Assembly (NCBI GenBank): GCA_034226945.1
Contig: CP120455.1
Coordinates: 868,001-932,000, forward strand
Reading direction: 5' to 3'
Source: Picochlorum sp. SENEW3
Lineage: Eukaryota
Length of the DNA: 64,000 nucleotides
This document shows positions 48,660 through 60,262 of the stretch, piece by piece. Position 1 is the first letter of the stretch. The number at the start of each line of letters is the position of its first letter. Both the position numbers and the translations under genes were made by a program. The notes under the pieces are model-generated. The model was not told the DNA's origin, made no database searches, and saw only the letters and a list, made by a program, of their open reading frames with translations.

Positions 48660-51200
48660 CTACTGCTTGTTTGCAGCTCCCATGGCATTCAGAGCAGATC
48701 CGTGCTTGAACCAGGTGATCTGGTTCTCATTGAATGTCTGGTTGACCTTGAATTCGTATGTGGATCCATCTGGACGGGTTCCAACCACTGTCAACTGCTT
48801 TCCTGGGGACAGGGTTGTGAGTCCCTTGATGGAAATGGTGTCGAATGGTCCAACCTTGTCATAATCTGCTGGATCTGCAAATGTGAGAGGCAACATACCC
48901 TGTTTCTTCAAGTTTGTCTCGTGAATACGGGCAAAAGACTTGACAATAACCGCTCTACCACCCAGATGGCGTGGTTCTAAAGCAGCATGTTCACGAGAAG
49001 ATCCTTCTCCGTAGTTTTCATCCCCAATCACAACCCATGGCTTTCCGGCAGCTTTGTACGCTCTGGCGACATCTGGGACAGCTCCATATTCCCCAGAAAT
49101 CTGGTTCTTAACGCTATTAACCTTGTCATTCTCAGCATTGAGAGCACCAATCAACATATTGTTTGAAATATTGTCAAGGTGACCTCTATACTTGAGCCAT
49201 GGGCCAGCCATGGAAATATGATCTGTGGTGCACTTTCCTTTCGTCTTGATCAAAATCATTGCATCATCGAGATCCTTACCGTCCCATGGGCTGAATGGCT
49301 GGAGCAACTGAAGTCTCTGGGAATCCTCAGAGACAACCACCTCTGTGGCGCCACCTGGAGCCTGATATGTCTCCTCTCCTGGGTCATACCCCTTGGCTGG
49401 GAGTTCCTCACCCTCTGGAGGATTGAGCATAATTTCGCGCCCATCAGCTCCAACCAATGTATCCTTCTCTGGATTGAAGGTCAAATCTCCTGCAATAGCC
49501 ATGGCAGTCACAATCTCTGGGGAAGTCACAAAGGCATGTGTTGCTGGGTTGGCATCATTTCGTGCTGCAAAATTTCTGTTGAAAGATGTCACGATAGAGT
49601 TCGCCTCTCCCTTTTGAACTTCAGTCCTCTTCCACTGACCAATGCATGGTCCGCATGCATTAGCCAACACGGTACCGCCCACCTTTTCAAACACCTCAAT
49701 CAAACCATCTCTCTGGATGGTGGCTCTGATCTGCTCGGATCCTGGTGTAATCGCAAATGGAACCTTTGCTTTAATTCCGGCAGCCAAAGCTTGCCTTGCC
49801 ACACTCGCAGCTCTGGTCATATCCTCATATGAAGAATTTGTGCATGATCCAATCAACCCAGCCGACACCTTGCTTGGCCAATGATGTGTCTTCACAGCAT
49901 CCCCGAATTCGGACAATCCATGGGCCAAATCTGGAGTGAAAGGTCCATTAATCTGAGGCTCAAGCTCACTCAAGTTAATCTCAATAATCTGATCATACTC
50001 TGCTCCCTCATCTGCTCTCAGTGACTCTGCAAACGAGTCAGCCACTGAAGCAATCTTATCTCTCCCAGTAGCCCTCAAATAATCCCCCATTCTCTGATTA
50101 TATGGGAACATGGACGTCGTTGCTCCAATTTCAGCTCCCATATTACAAATAGTACCCATACCAGTGCATGACAAATTTTCTACTCCAGGTCCAAAGTATT
50201 CCACAATAGACCCTGTTCCTCCCTTGACTGTCAGAATTCCAGCAACCTTGCAGATCACATCCTTTGGAGAAGACCACTTGTGCAACTTTCCAGTAAGTCT
50301 CACACCAATCACCTTTGGTGCCTTGAGTTCCCATGGAAGCCCAGCCATCACATCGACTGCATCAGCACCCCCCACACCAACAGCACACATTCCCAATCCA
50401 CCAGCATTTGGTGTATGAGAATCAGTTCCAATCATCATCCCTCCTGGGAATGCATAATTCTCCAGAACAATCTGATGAATGATTCCAGACCCTGGCTTCC
50501 AGAACCCGATACCATACTTGGATCCAGCAGATGACAAGAAATCATACACTTCCTTGTTGTTATGCTTTGCATGATCCAAATCAGCCTGCCCTCCATATCC
50601 ACCATGTCGATCATCTTGAGGAGCCGTTGTTCCTTCAATCAAATGATCACAATGAATTGTCGAAGGCACAGCAGTCTTTGGCAACCCAGATGAAATAAAT
50701 TGGAGCACAGCCATCTGAGCAGTCGCATCTTGCATAGCAACACGATCAGGCCTGAGCTTCAGATAACTCACACCCCGCTCAATTTCCTGACCCTCAGGAT
50801 CATCCAAATGACCATATACCACCTTTTCAGAGTACGTCAATGGACGATTCAGACGCCTTCTGACAATGGCCAATCTCTCATCCATGGCAGCATATCTGTC
50901 ATTCACAGTCTCCTCTGGCTCGAATCGACTCAAAGCAGCCTGCATAATATGTTATATAGGTGATACCATACCATCATAGCAATCCATCATGGCCATCCAT
51001 CGCACCTTTTCAGCGCCAGCAATGCTGGACATGGATGCACCATACCCATCAAACAATCGGCGTTTAGCCTGCACACAGAATATCATAATACCAATATGAG
51101 CACATCATACGTATAATCAATGCATCCATTGAGGATATAAGCATCCATAAGTCGATACTACCTGGGTCAGGGCCTTCCTCGCTGCTCTCACAGAATACAT
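48660..51200 (-). CDS. ACO2: mitochondrial-type aconitate hydratase (3 exons)
   Basis: [59 protein letters not shown]; short presequence exons at 51200 and ~51065. Confidence 0.95.
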
Positions 51201-51485
51201 GATTTGCAATGTTCTACACACCAACAAATCGATAATATAATATAATTATGACTGTTTATGGGAGCAGACAGTCTTTGTATTTACTTTTGGGGCAGGGTTG
51301 GGTGCATGGGCATGGGAAAACCCTGCTCTCCGTCATCAACAGATTGATCCGATCAATCGGATTGGTTGATGGGAATCTGTAATGATACCCTACTCTGAGC
51401 ATCTTCGAGGTACTGCATCCATGGTACATGCATCTTGGCACGATTTCATAGTTATTTTTACTCATCTTTACTTGTTAGTTGTATC

Positions 51486-52765
51486 ATGAGCAGAAACCGC
51501 CTGGTACAGCAGCTTTTGCTGCCCCGTCACGCTGGCTGGTTTCAGACAGGTCCGTGTGTCTTTCTTCTGCTGTTATTTCTGTCTGTTGTACTACATCTCT
51601 ACTTACTTACTGTGGTCATGCAGAAGTAGCACTGAATAATCTAGAGCAGAGGAGTGCGTATTCGACGCAGTTGGCTATTCGCGGAGCGGATTCCCTTCGA
51701 GCTGGGTCTGGAGGTAGATCGTCCGTGTCTGGGGTGACTGCGACGATATTTGGTTGTTCTGGGTTTGTTGGGAGATATGTGGCGCAGAGTCTTGGGGCTA
51801 TGGGGACGAGGTTGGTTCTTCCGTATCGATGTGACGATGTGGATGTGCAGCATCTCAGGGTGATGGGGGACCTGGGTATGATAGTTCCTTTAAAAGAGTT
51901 TAATATAAAGAATGAAGATGCTGTGAAGCGGGCTGTGGAGGGATCTGATCTGGTGATTAATTTGCTCGGAGCAGATGCCGAGACGTGGAATTACTCTTTT
52001 GAGGATGTGCACGTGAAGGCGGTGGAGACGTTGGCGAAGGTATCAAAGAGTATGGGTGTGGAGAGGTTTGTTCATTTCAGTGCGTTGGGGGCGTCAAAGG
52101 ATGCTGCGAGTAGGCGGTTGAGGACAAAGGCGATGGGGGAGGAGGTGGTGCAGGGGGAGATTGGGAGCATGTCGACAATCTTCAAGCCTGCGTCGATATC
52201 CGGTCCTGAGGATCGGTTGTTTCAAAAGCTTCGCTTTCAGATAAAGAAGATGCCGTTTGTGCCTCTTGTGGATGGGGGGAAGCAAAAGGTTCAGCCGATA
52301 TGGATTAGGGATGTTGCTCTGGCTGTGTCAAATGCGTTGCAGACGTATGATTCTGTGGGAAAGACGTATCATTTGGCTGGGCCTGATGTGTATTCGATGG
52401 CGGAATTGGCGGACTTTAGCTTTAAAACTATTCGGGAGAGTCCGAATACGATGTCGATTCCATTGTCTGTGGGCAAGATGATGGCAGGGCCAGGGGATTG
52501 GTTGTCAACGCATACTCCCTTGAGGTTGAGATTTGGTGGTATGTCTCAGGATGCTGTGGAGGAGACTGCCATGGATTTGACGTATGATGCTGCGAATGCA
52601 ACGTTGAAGGCGTCTGATTTGGATGTTGTTCCTCACAAGGTGACGGAGGGTATCCCAATAGAGTTTTTGAGGCACTACAGGGCAGGTGGATATGACATGG
52701 GCAGCATGTCAGCAGACGGTTCTGTTGTGTCCGTTCAGGTTCCTCCAAAGCATCAGTTTGATTAA
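51486..52765 (+). CDS. NDUFA9: complex I 39-kDa subunit (intron 51550-51623)
   Basis: GSGGRSSVSGVTATIFGCSGFVGRYV, HLRVMGDLG, NYSFEDVH. Confidence 0.92.
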
Positions 52766-52798
52766 ATATATAGTGTAAATGTAATGTATGGTTTTTTA

Positions 52799-54256
52799 TT
52801 ATATTGCCAAGCGTGAGGTCATTCTTGCCTGCAGGGCTGAGAGACTCTCAGCCCACGATGAGAGTGCCTCGAGCTTTGCATCCCGTGTATCCATGCCCTT
52901 GTCAATCTCGAGGGTATTCGTCGCTTGGTTTATCTTGGCTTCAATCTTCCCACCTAATATAAGTGTAAGCAAGAGCTCGTCGATATTGATGGTCGTCACC
53001 GCGGAGAGCATGGACCTCAGGTGATCAATCTTGACTCGAGAGTAGGGTTGAATGGACGCAATGATCACCTTGGAGCATAAATTTCTTCTCAAATCTTCAA
53101 TGTATGGAGCTACAAACGTGTCTCCAGCTATGTCATTATTCCCCTGTTTCAATGCGTTTTCAAATGCTTGGATATCAGATGATTGATACGCTTCCACCAG
53201 TCGTGTCATTGCTGACACAGCGGGGTCAGATCTGTATGGCCTTGCCTCTTGAGAATCGAACGGGTCCACGGAACTTTCCATCATCATGTTCGCGAGAACG
53301 AGATATTTTAAGCACCTGCTTCTATGCACGCTACCAGCTTCGTCGTATGATTTAAACGCTTCGAAAAAATCTGTCGCAGCCTCCTCCCACCGCCTTGAAT
53401 TCATATGCATCTTTCCTCCATACTCTCTAATAATACCCATGATTTTCGGATGAGGAATCGCTGATTTTATTTCTAGCGCTTTTTGGTACGTCTCAGATAG
53501 CTCCCGACGAGACGCATGTCGTGACTCTGACAAGAGCTGAATCTCCAAGGCATACACTTCCAACAACTGTGTTCCCTTTCTTGAACCATCATCGTCCTTA
53601 CAGGACTCTTTCAGTTCCTCCAACACAGCCAATGCCTTTTCCCTTTCATTCAACGATATCCATAAGTTTACCAGTTTGATATTCGTCTTAAACCATAATC
53701 GATCATTCTTGGCATCTGCAAGTCCCTGAAGAGTCAAAGAATAACACTTTTGCAGCAAGGTTGGATCAGTGGAGTGACTTATAAACTCCAATGTGCTATT
53801 GATCTTCTTCTCTGCAGCATTTCTCGTCACTGCTTCATTGGCATACCCGAGCATTTGAGAATATGCTTCCAGCATGTCATCATAACGATTCATACGAAAG
53901 TAAATCTTGACAATCTGCTTTAGTGCCTTGAAACCCCACTCCCCTCGGCCATCTTCCATAGCAATAACCTCCTGAAACCCTTGCAATGCTTGCTCTAAAT
54001 CATCAGACTCAATCTCACCTGCATAGAGCGATGGTATTTCATTCTGCAAAGAGCAACCAAAGACAGTAACTCTTTTGCCACGCACCTTTTGAATTGTAGT
54101 ACTGGTTTTCGATATCCACATCCTCTTCCGCATAATCATCATCAGAATATTCAAAACCATAATCTTCTTCCATATCACTCTGCATTCGTGGTTATTGTAT
54201 TGAGAAAACAGGAGAAAAAAACAACAAATGCGTCGAATGGCATGGAATCGTACCAT
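52799..54256 (-). CDS. CSN2: COP9 signalosome subunit 2
   Basis: M|SDMEEDYGFEYSDDD..DVDIENQYYNSK|, EWGFKALKQ, RLWFKTN.KL, KGTQLLEVYALEIQ, DFFEAFKSYDEAG, PCI domain. Confidence 0.93.
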   Translation of the reverse strand: MVRFHAIRRICCFFLLFSQYNNHECRVIWKKIMVLNILMMIMRKRMWISKTSTTIQKVRGKRVTVFGCSLQNEIPSLYAGEIESDDLEQALQGFQEVIAMEDGRGEWGFKALKQIVKIYFRMNRYDDMLEAYSQMLGYANEAVTRNAAEKKINSTLEFISHSTDPTLLQKCYSLTLQGLADAKNDRLWFKTNIKLVNLWISLNEREKALAVLEELKESCKDDDGSRKGTQLLEVYALEIQLLSESRHASRRELSETYQKALEIKSAIPHPKIMGIIREYGGKMHMNSRRWEEAATDFFEAFKSYDEAGSVHRSRCLKYLVLANMMMESSVDPFDSQEARPYRSDPAVSAMTRLVEAYQSSDIQAFENALKQGNNDIAGDTFVAPYIEDLRRNLCSKVIIASIQPYSRVKIDHLRSMLSAVTTINIDELLLTLILGGKIEAKINQATNTLEIDKGMDTRDAKLEALSSWAESLSALQARMTSRLAI

Positions 54257-54462
54257 GGCGAATATTGTCACTTCACAAGCCTTACATAAAGATAATTTAC
54301 AAATATAGCATCATTTGTTGATGTTTAACATCAGCTTATGCTGAGAGTTTGAAGTGGAATATTACTATACGGATGGGCCTTCTGAGATTGTCAAGGGATC
54401 TTTTTTTTTGGGTTGCTGTTGACTCCCCAGCAACTGATGATGGAATTTTCTGCCAAAAAGCA

Positions 54463-55827
54463 TCATGATGAGGAATCCTCAAATACGGCCACATTTCCTG
54501 ATCCACTCAAGTACTCAAACTGGAATGGTTCACCGACAGCGAGATAGCGGGAGTTGATGGACACTGCATAGCCAAAAGTACCGATCGTCTCATCCTTCGT
54601 AGGGGAGGATAACTCATACTCAAGTTTCCATCTCTTCGTGCCTCTACGGTACACACGAACAATGCCACTAAAGTCACAATCTTCACATGTATCTATGACA
54701 CCGAGTGCCATGCGGGAGCCTGACTCTGAGAGGGCGACTGACTCCAATCTCTTGCTTCCTGTGATCAGCATGGTTTCGTAACTATCTGACACAGACAGGT
54801 TGGCTGACGGAACGATAATGGTATCGAATAAAGTCCACTTCTTTTTCTTATCATACATATAACACGTTCCTGTATTGGGGTCCATGGCAGCAATCGTTTT
54901 CCCAGTGCCGTCTATGGCAACTCCTATTGATAATCCACGTTCACCTTTCTTCCGTGGAATAGGTAGGCTCTTTGTTCTCTTCCACTTTCCATCGATGATT
55001 TGAAATATTACCACTTTCTTTTGAGACTTGCTGTTCTTTGGTGGTCCATACATGCCGGAAAGAACAGCTGTAGTACCAGCTGCATCCAATGCACCTGAAG
55101 CCCCAAACTCTGTTGCATTTGTATCTTTCAATCGCTTGATAAATTTCCACCGACCATTCTTTCTCGCGTATACAAAGCCAGCTCCGCGTGCATTATTGTA
55201 TACTTTTGCACCATATTCGAGAATGAGGACTGTGTTACCAGAATAGTCAATAGCCATCCCTACTCCAAAGCCTCCACCAACAACAAATTGTTTTGGTGGC
55301 AAAAACTCCTGTTCAAGGACCCACCGGCCCTTTTTGTCTCTTCTATATAGACATACAACGTATTTTGATACACGATTGTATTCGTGAGGGTTCTTCTCAT
55401 AATAATACCTTACGAGAATCGCCTTGCCGGACCCTGACATGCTCACCGGGACTGGCAGGAGCATTTCAATATCCAGTCCAGCATTTGCTGTCCAATTGGG
55501 TAGGGTCAGTGTTTTTACCAATGTCCACTTTTTTCCATTCTTCTCATACACATATGCAAGAGGTAGAAAGTTCGTATCATCATAGTCAGTCTTCATGTAA
55601 ACGCTTGCACCAACGACGAGCCAAGAGCCTGCTGCATCCATGCTCACAGAAGCTCCGAAATCTCTATGCATTGGCGATTTCGGCGGTGCAACGATGACCG
55701 GCGCCTCTTTTTGCTTCATCGTCTGAAGAAGACGACCATGGTCTATTCCGGTGATGTATGCGCATGATTGTGAGCATTCCAGTAGAAACCCGAAAAGGGC
55801 TACGAGCAGCCTTCTGGCACTCGTCAT
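54463..55827 (-). CDS. secreted FG-GAP-repeat beta-propeller protein
   Basis: Signal peptide; repeated FG.SV.(M/I)D..G...(V)VG...VY.....W...(L) blades (about 6-7); intronless. Confidence 0.75.
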   Translation of the reverse strand: MTSARRLLVALFGFLLECSQSCAYITGIDHGRLLQTMKQKEAPVIVAPPKSPMHRDFGASVSMDAAGSWLVVGASVYMKTDYDDTNFLPLAYVYEKNGKKWTLVKTLTLPNWTANAGLDIEMLLPVPVSMSGSGKAILVRYYYEKNPHEYNRVSKYVVCLYRRDKKGRWVLEQEFLPPKQFVVGGGFGVGMAIDYSGNTVLILEYGAKVYNNARGAGFVYARKNGRWKFIKRLKDTNATEFGASGALDAAGTTAVLSGMYGPPKNSKSQKKVVIFQIIDGKWKRTKSLPIPRKKGERGLSIGVAIDGTGKTIAAMDPNTGTCYMYDKKKKWTLFDTIIVPSANLSVSDSYETMLITGSKRLESVALSESGSRMALGVIDTCEDCDFSGIVRVYRRGTKRWKLEYELSSPTKDETIGTFGYAVSINSRYLAVGEPFQFEYLSGSGNVAVFEDSSS

Positions 55828-56154
55828 GGCTCCACTCTCGAATGAATGATGCCGACAAAGCCAGAGCCTTTTTATCTCAATGTCAACTCTATGCCCTACA
55901 TATGAATAAAGAAGAGTCGATCAACAAGCGATCGATATGCATCATGCGAGATTATTGTTTGGGTTTCGTGATTCACGTGGCCTTGTTGTGCCATGGGCGC
56001 GTCTTTCGAATTTGCTCATCTCAACTCGTTTGGGAAATCAGAGGCGGTGTGCTCGCCCAAGATGGTCATGCCCGAGCATCCTGACGAACAATGCGGTATT
56101 TTTAAAACTTATAAATGATTATTTCGGTAATATTAAAAACAGAATTGTAATCGG

Positions 56155-57843
56155 ATGAGATATCATCAGGAAAATCCAAGCATTGGGATGTATTCAGGGA
56201 GCAGAGCAGCCAGCAAGTGCAGTAATGCTGTGGTTGGACAACAACTCAGAATCGGATTGCGCTGGGCTTTCAATCGCCGCCCATTGTCAATTCATCCTGG
56301 TGATGAGCATCTAAACAATACTTGGGGTCGCAGTACGAAATCTAATGCGTCTCGCTTGTTTGTTGATGTACCTAGCCTTTGTCCAGTGGTCAAAGTCCAA
56401 CATTTGAAAAGAGGAATCCCCAAAGCTGCAGAATCTCATGATGGCGAACAATCTTCCCGACATGTTGCTCAACAGTCATCTGAAACTAGCGAGAGCACCA
56501 GTAGACTATATTATAGGGATATCTTGGGGATTGCGTTGCCCACCATGCTAGCGTTGAGTGTGGAACCATTAAGTTCTCTAGTTTCGACAGCATTTGTTGG
56601 TCATGTTGGAGCTGCTGACCTCGCTGGAGTAGGGGTGGCTCTATCTGTATACAACTCTTTTACAAAACTGTTCAATATGCCGTTGCTTGCTATTATCACG
56701 TCATCGATAGCGTCTTCCAGGTCAGGGTCATCAAAAGAGGATGAGGGAAGTGCCATAGGAAGGAGCATATTTTTGGCAGTCTTTGTTGGTGTGGTGCAGT
56801 CGATCGTTTTGGCGGCACTTGGAACATTTGGACTTACATTATATGGAGCTGGGGAGTTTTTCACTCCCGCATCTACATATTTACGCGTACGGACTCTAGG
56901 GAATGCAGTGACAGTATTATTCGTGTCACTTCTTGGGATTTTTAGAGGTCTTGGTGATGGCGTCTCACCCCTGATAGCGACGATATGCTTCACTTGTGCA
57001 AGTATCGGGTTTGAATATTTATTTCTGTTTCAGTTTCATATGGGAACGGGAGGAGCTGCTCTAGCTGTGTTGATGGCACAGATGTTTGCATGTTTCGTTG
57101 CTGTTGGAAAGCTTTGTACCCGAGTCTCGTTAGGCAACAGCATGGCATCCTTATTTAGCAGAAGCGGCCTATCCAGCAGTTTGGAAAGCCTCAAAATGAC
57201 TGGAGTTTTGATGATCCGTACTTTGTGCATTTCAAGTGTGTATGCCATTGCCACTGCACTCATCACACGTTCAGGTGCCATGACAGCTGCTGCACATCAG
57301 ATTGCATTTCAGATTTGGCTTGCGTCGAGTTTATTGGCAGACAGTCTAGCAGTAGCCGCGCAATCTCTAATTGCTAGGTACATTGGGAGCGATATTGGAT
57401 CGGAACGGATGGTTGCTCGCACATCGCTTCATCTGTCAGTCATTTTGGGAATCTGCTTGACTTGTTTCCTGAGTGTTTCATCTCTGTTTTCACCACTGCG
57501 TCTATTCACGTCAGATGTCATGGTTTTGGATGCCTTACGTGGAATATTCCCGGTGATTATTGCCAGTCAAACGCTCAACTCTCTTGCCTTTGTGTTGGAT
57601 GGAATCCTTTACGGTGTCCCTGGGGGATTTGTTTATGCTGCCAAGGCAATGTTTGTATCAGCAGGACCGAGTATCATGGTCATGCTGGGGGGCTATTATT
57701 ACTGCACGACATACGCTCTAGATTCTATGTGTGTCTTACAATCAGTATGGTGTGGTTTATTAACATTGATGGTCATGAGAATGTTGACAATCATGGTTCC
57801 ATTGCTACGCTCAAACCCACCGTTCCATATATTTGCAGACTGA
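56155..57843 (+). CDS. MATE/DTX efflux family protein with a long N-terminal (transit-like) extension
   Basis: IALPTMLALSVEPLSSLVSTAFVGHVG, GIFRGLGD, AAHQIAFQIWLASSLLADSLAVAAQ, LNSLAFVLDGI. Confidence 0.9.
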   Translation: MRYHQENPSIGMYSGSRAASKCSNAVVGQQLRIGLRWAFNRRPLSIHPGDEHLNNTWGRSTKSNASRLFVDVPSLCPVVKVQHLKRGIPKAAESHDGEQSSRHVAQQSSETSESTSRLYYRDILGIALPTMLALSVEPLSSLVSTAFVGHVGAADLAGVGVALSVYNSFTKLFNMPLLAIITSSIASSRSGSSKEDEGSAIGRSIFLAVFVGVVQSIVLAALGTFGLTLYGAGEFFTPASTYLRVRTLGNAVTVLFVSLLGIFRGLGDGVSPLIATICFTCASIGFEYLFLFQFHMGTGGAALAVLMAQMFACFVAVGKLCTRVSLGNSMASLFSRSGLSSSLESLKMTGVLMIRTLCISSVYAIATALITRSGAMTAAAHQIAFQIWLASSLLADSLAVAAQSLIARYIGSDIGSERMVARTSLHLSVILGICLTCFLSVSSLFSPLRLFTSDVMVLDALRGIFPVIIASQTLNSLAFVLDGILYGVPGGFVYAAKAMFVSAGPSIMVMLGGYYYCTTYALDSMCVLQSVWCGLLTLMVMRMLTIMVPLLRSNPPFHIFAD

Positions 57844-57854
57844 TTCTTCATCAT

Positions 57855-59820
57855 CTACCGCTGATTCTTGTACTGTTTTTCTACTTTTGCTAAATCATAA
57901 ACCTCTCTCATACCCCCTCCACTCTGTAACCATTCTTTAAAGTACGATTGAACTGCACCTGTAAACTCAAGCTTTTGCGCATCTGACAACTTTGCCTCTC
58001 TGTACGCATCTCGCACCGTATTCACCCCTCCCATTCTCTTCTTCCACGCTTCAGAATATGTTTCAGGTAGAGGGAACGGACATGGAGCAAAATCAACAAA
58101 ATCTTGTGTCAATAATCCAGTAAGGGTGTCACTATGTGCTCTCATGATTGATGTGGCTGATCCACCACACAACGGGCCTTGACACCCCCTAAACGGAATC
58201 ATAAACGGCATGAGCTTCTCAGGAGGTAATAATGTGACATTCTGAGAATGATCTAAATGCTGCTGCTCTTCTAAACCATGTTGATGCTGCTTAAAAATTG
58301 GCTTGTCCGGCATCAACAGCATGGGGCGGTTCCACTTATTAATCTGATTTGATATCCCACAAATTCTCATGTGTTCTTCAAGACACTCATACCCAGAATT
58401 ATATGGAGCCAATTGAACGAATCTATTATCACCCATAACCAAAGGCGACCTATTCGTTGCACTATACAGTATGCAGTCATGACACGTGTTGACCACGATA
58501 TGAGACGAAACACTCACCACTTGCAGTCTTTCAGAATGCTCCACCCTCAAACTCTGACCAACTGCACCTATTATAATAATACTATTGGTACACGACAAAA
58601 CTTGCACCCACTGTAATGGCGCCAAGCAGTATATAACAGAATCATGGCAGTCCACAATCTTCAAGGAGTGACAACCCTTGCATTCATCCACTCCCCTCAA
58701 TACAGTAGCTTTATGTGCTCCACGCACAACACATGGATGATCATCAGACTTGTCATCTCCAATCATCTGATTGAAAACAGGCTGCTCACCACCTTCCTGC
58801 ATCATATGACCACCACCACCAGGAGGAGGGGCATCACTTGTTTCACGACATGCCGCCTCTAACAATGTCCGAACCCGTTCAATAGAAACCCCAGCTTCCC
58901 ACGTCCAGCTCGCATCTCCTAGATGCATGCACAGCACCCTCGAAAGCCTCTCTCCAGACTCAATCTCCATATCATCCGCACGAGACTCACCACTCTGTTC
59001 CAACAAAAATCCCAGCCTATCAATCTCATACCCCATCACAACATCCCTATCCATCGCATTCTCTCCATCCACTATAATATGTAACAGATCCTCAAGATGA
59101 CTCCCCAAAAAACTCGTCAACCTCCTATTCCCCACCACATACTCGCAATCATCCGGGCCACTACACGCCCCTCCTGATGACGATCCACCACCCTTTTGAT
59201 TCTGATTCAACCACATATCCCTTCCACTCGGAGCAAACGACCGCTGATGTAACCTCAACGGAGACGAAGGCTCCATCTGATAATGATGCCCACCTCCACC
59301 CATCTTGCACCCTCCAGCAGCATGCTCATCAGGCCATACATCCCCAGATGATTCAGCTGCTTTCAACCCACCACCCATCCTAAAGAAGTAATGTAACACT
59401 AACAACAACAACAAGCGATGCAAATCCGCAAACAAGGCCTCCCCCGCAGCATCCTTACAAACACACCCACAGCCCACATCACTCACATCCGTCAACAGAT
59501 CCAACAATACCTTGGTCTGGTCATCATCACATCCCAAAACACGACTCAAAACCTCCTTTTTCACCCAAACAATCGCATCTACACACGACACACGCATCAG
59601 ATAGATCGATGAGGACATGTTTTTGGGATTGCATGACACACGTACCATGCTGCTTCGAATCCTGTTTCTTCCCCACACATTCCCCAGAAGGAGACTCCAA
59701 CAGTCTTCTCTTTATATATAAAAGATCTTGAATTGAGGAAATATTCCCCAACCACGGATAGATTGGCACACTTCCAAATGTGAAGCAAATCTTCCGACAT
59801 GCGAGCATGGTCGACTCCAT
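57855..59820 (-). CDS. TBCCD1: TBCC domain-containing protein 1 (2 exons)
   Basis: KIVDCHDSVIYCLAPL, VEHSERLQV, P..MGDNRFVQLAPYN, FMIPF, FKEWLQSGGGMREVYDL. Confidence 0.85.
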
Positions 59821-60057
59821 CGCAGAGATTTCCGACCCTAGCACATTCTTATATCTATACTATATATAGAAATAGTACTATTGATCATGAAGGAGAGCGA
59901 ATCCAGGAGAGTGTGTCACGGCATGATGACCCATGGCAGGTGGGTATGCACCACTCGGTCAAAATAAGTTTTGATGGGATTATATTTGTTGAAACAAGTT
60001 CATCTGTGCTGCCACTGGAATCCTTCTTCTCACACACGCGTGTGTGTATTCTCAGTT

Positions 60058-60083
60058 ACTAATTAATTAATTAATTAATTAGT
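60058..60083. repeat. self-complementary (AATT)n microsatellite, ACTAATT...AATTAGT
   Basis: Perfect palindrome read directly; lies in a divergent intergenic region. Confidence 0.85.
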
Positions 60084-60262
60084 GTGGGTTATTTTTAGAT
60101 GTACGCATATATCATGGAAAGAGACACGGTTCATGGCGTATCATGATGCATCTTTTGTGATTTGAAAGCAGGAGGAGGAGGAGGAGCATTAGTATTCTTT
60201 TTATAAACGGATATAGGAATGATCTCGATCAACTCACGACAGATTTGGATTCAGATCAGAAG

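Noticed and set aside
54412..54460. Hammerhead ribozyme (hairpin followed by CTGATGA)
   Set aside because: The required GAAA reads AAAA and there is no NUH cleavage triplet.
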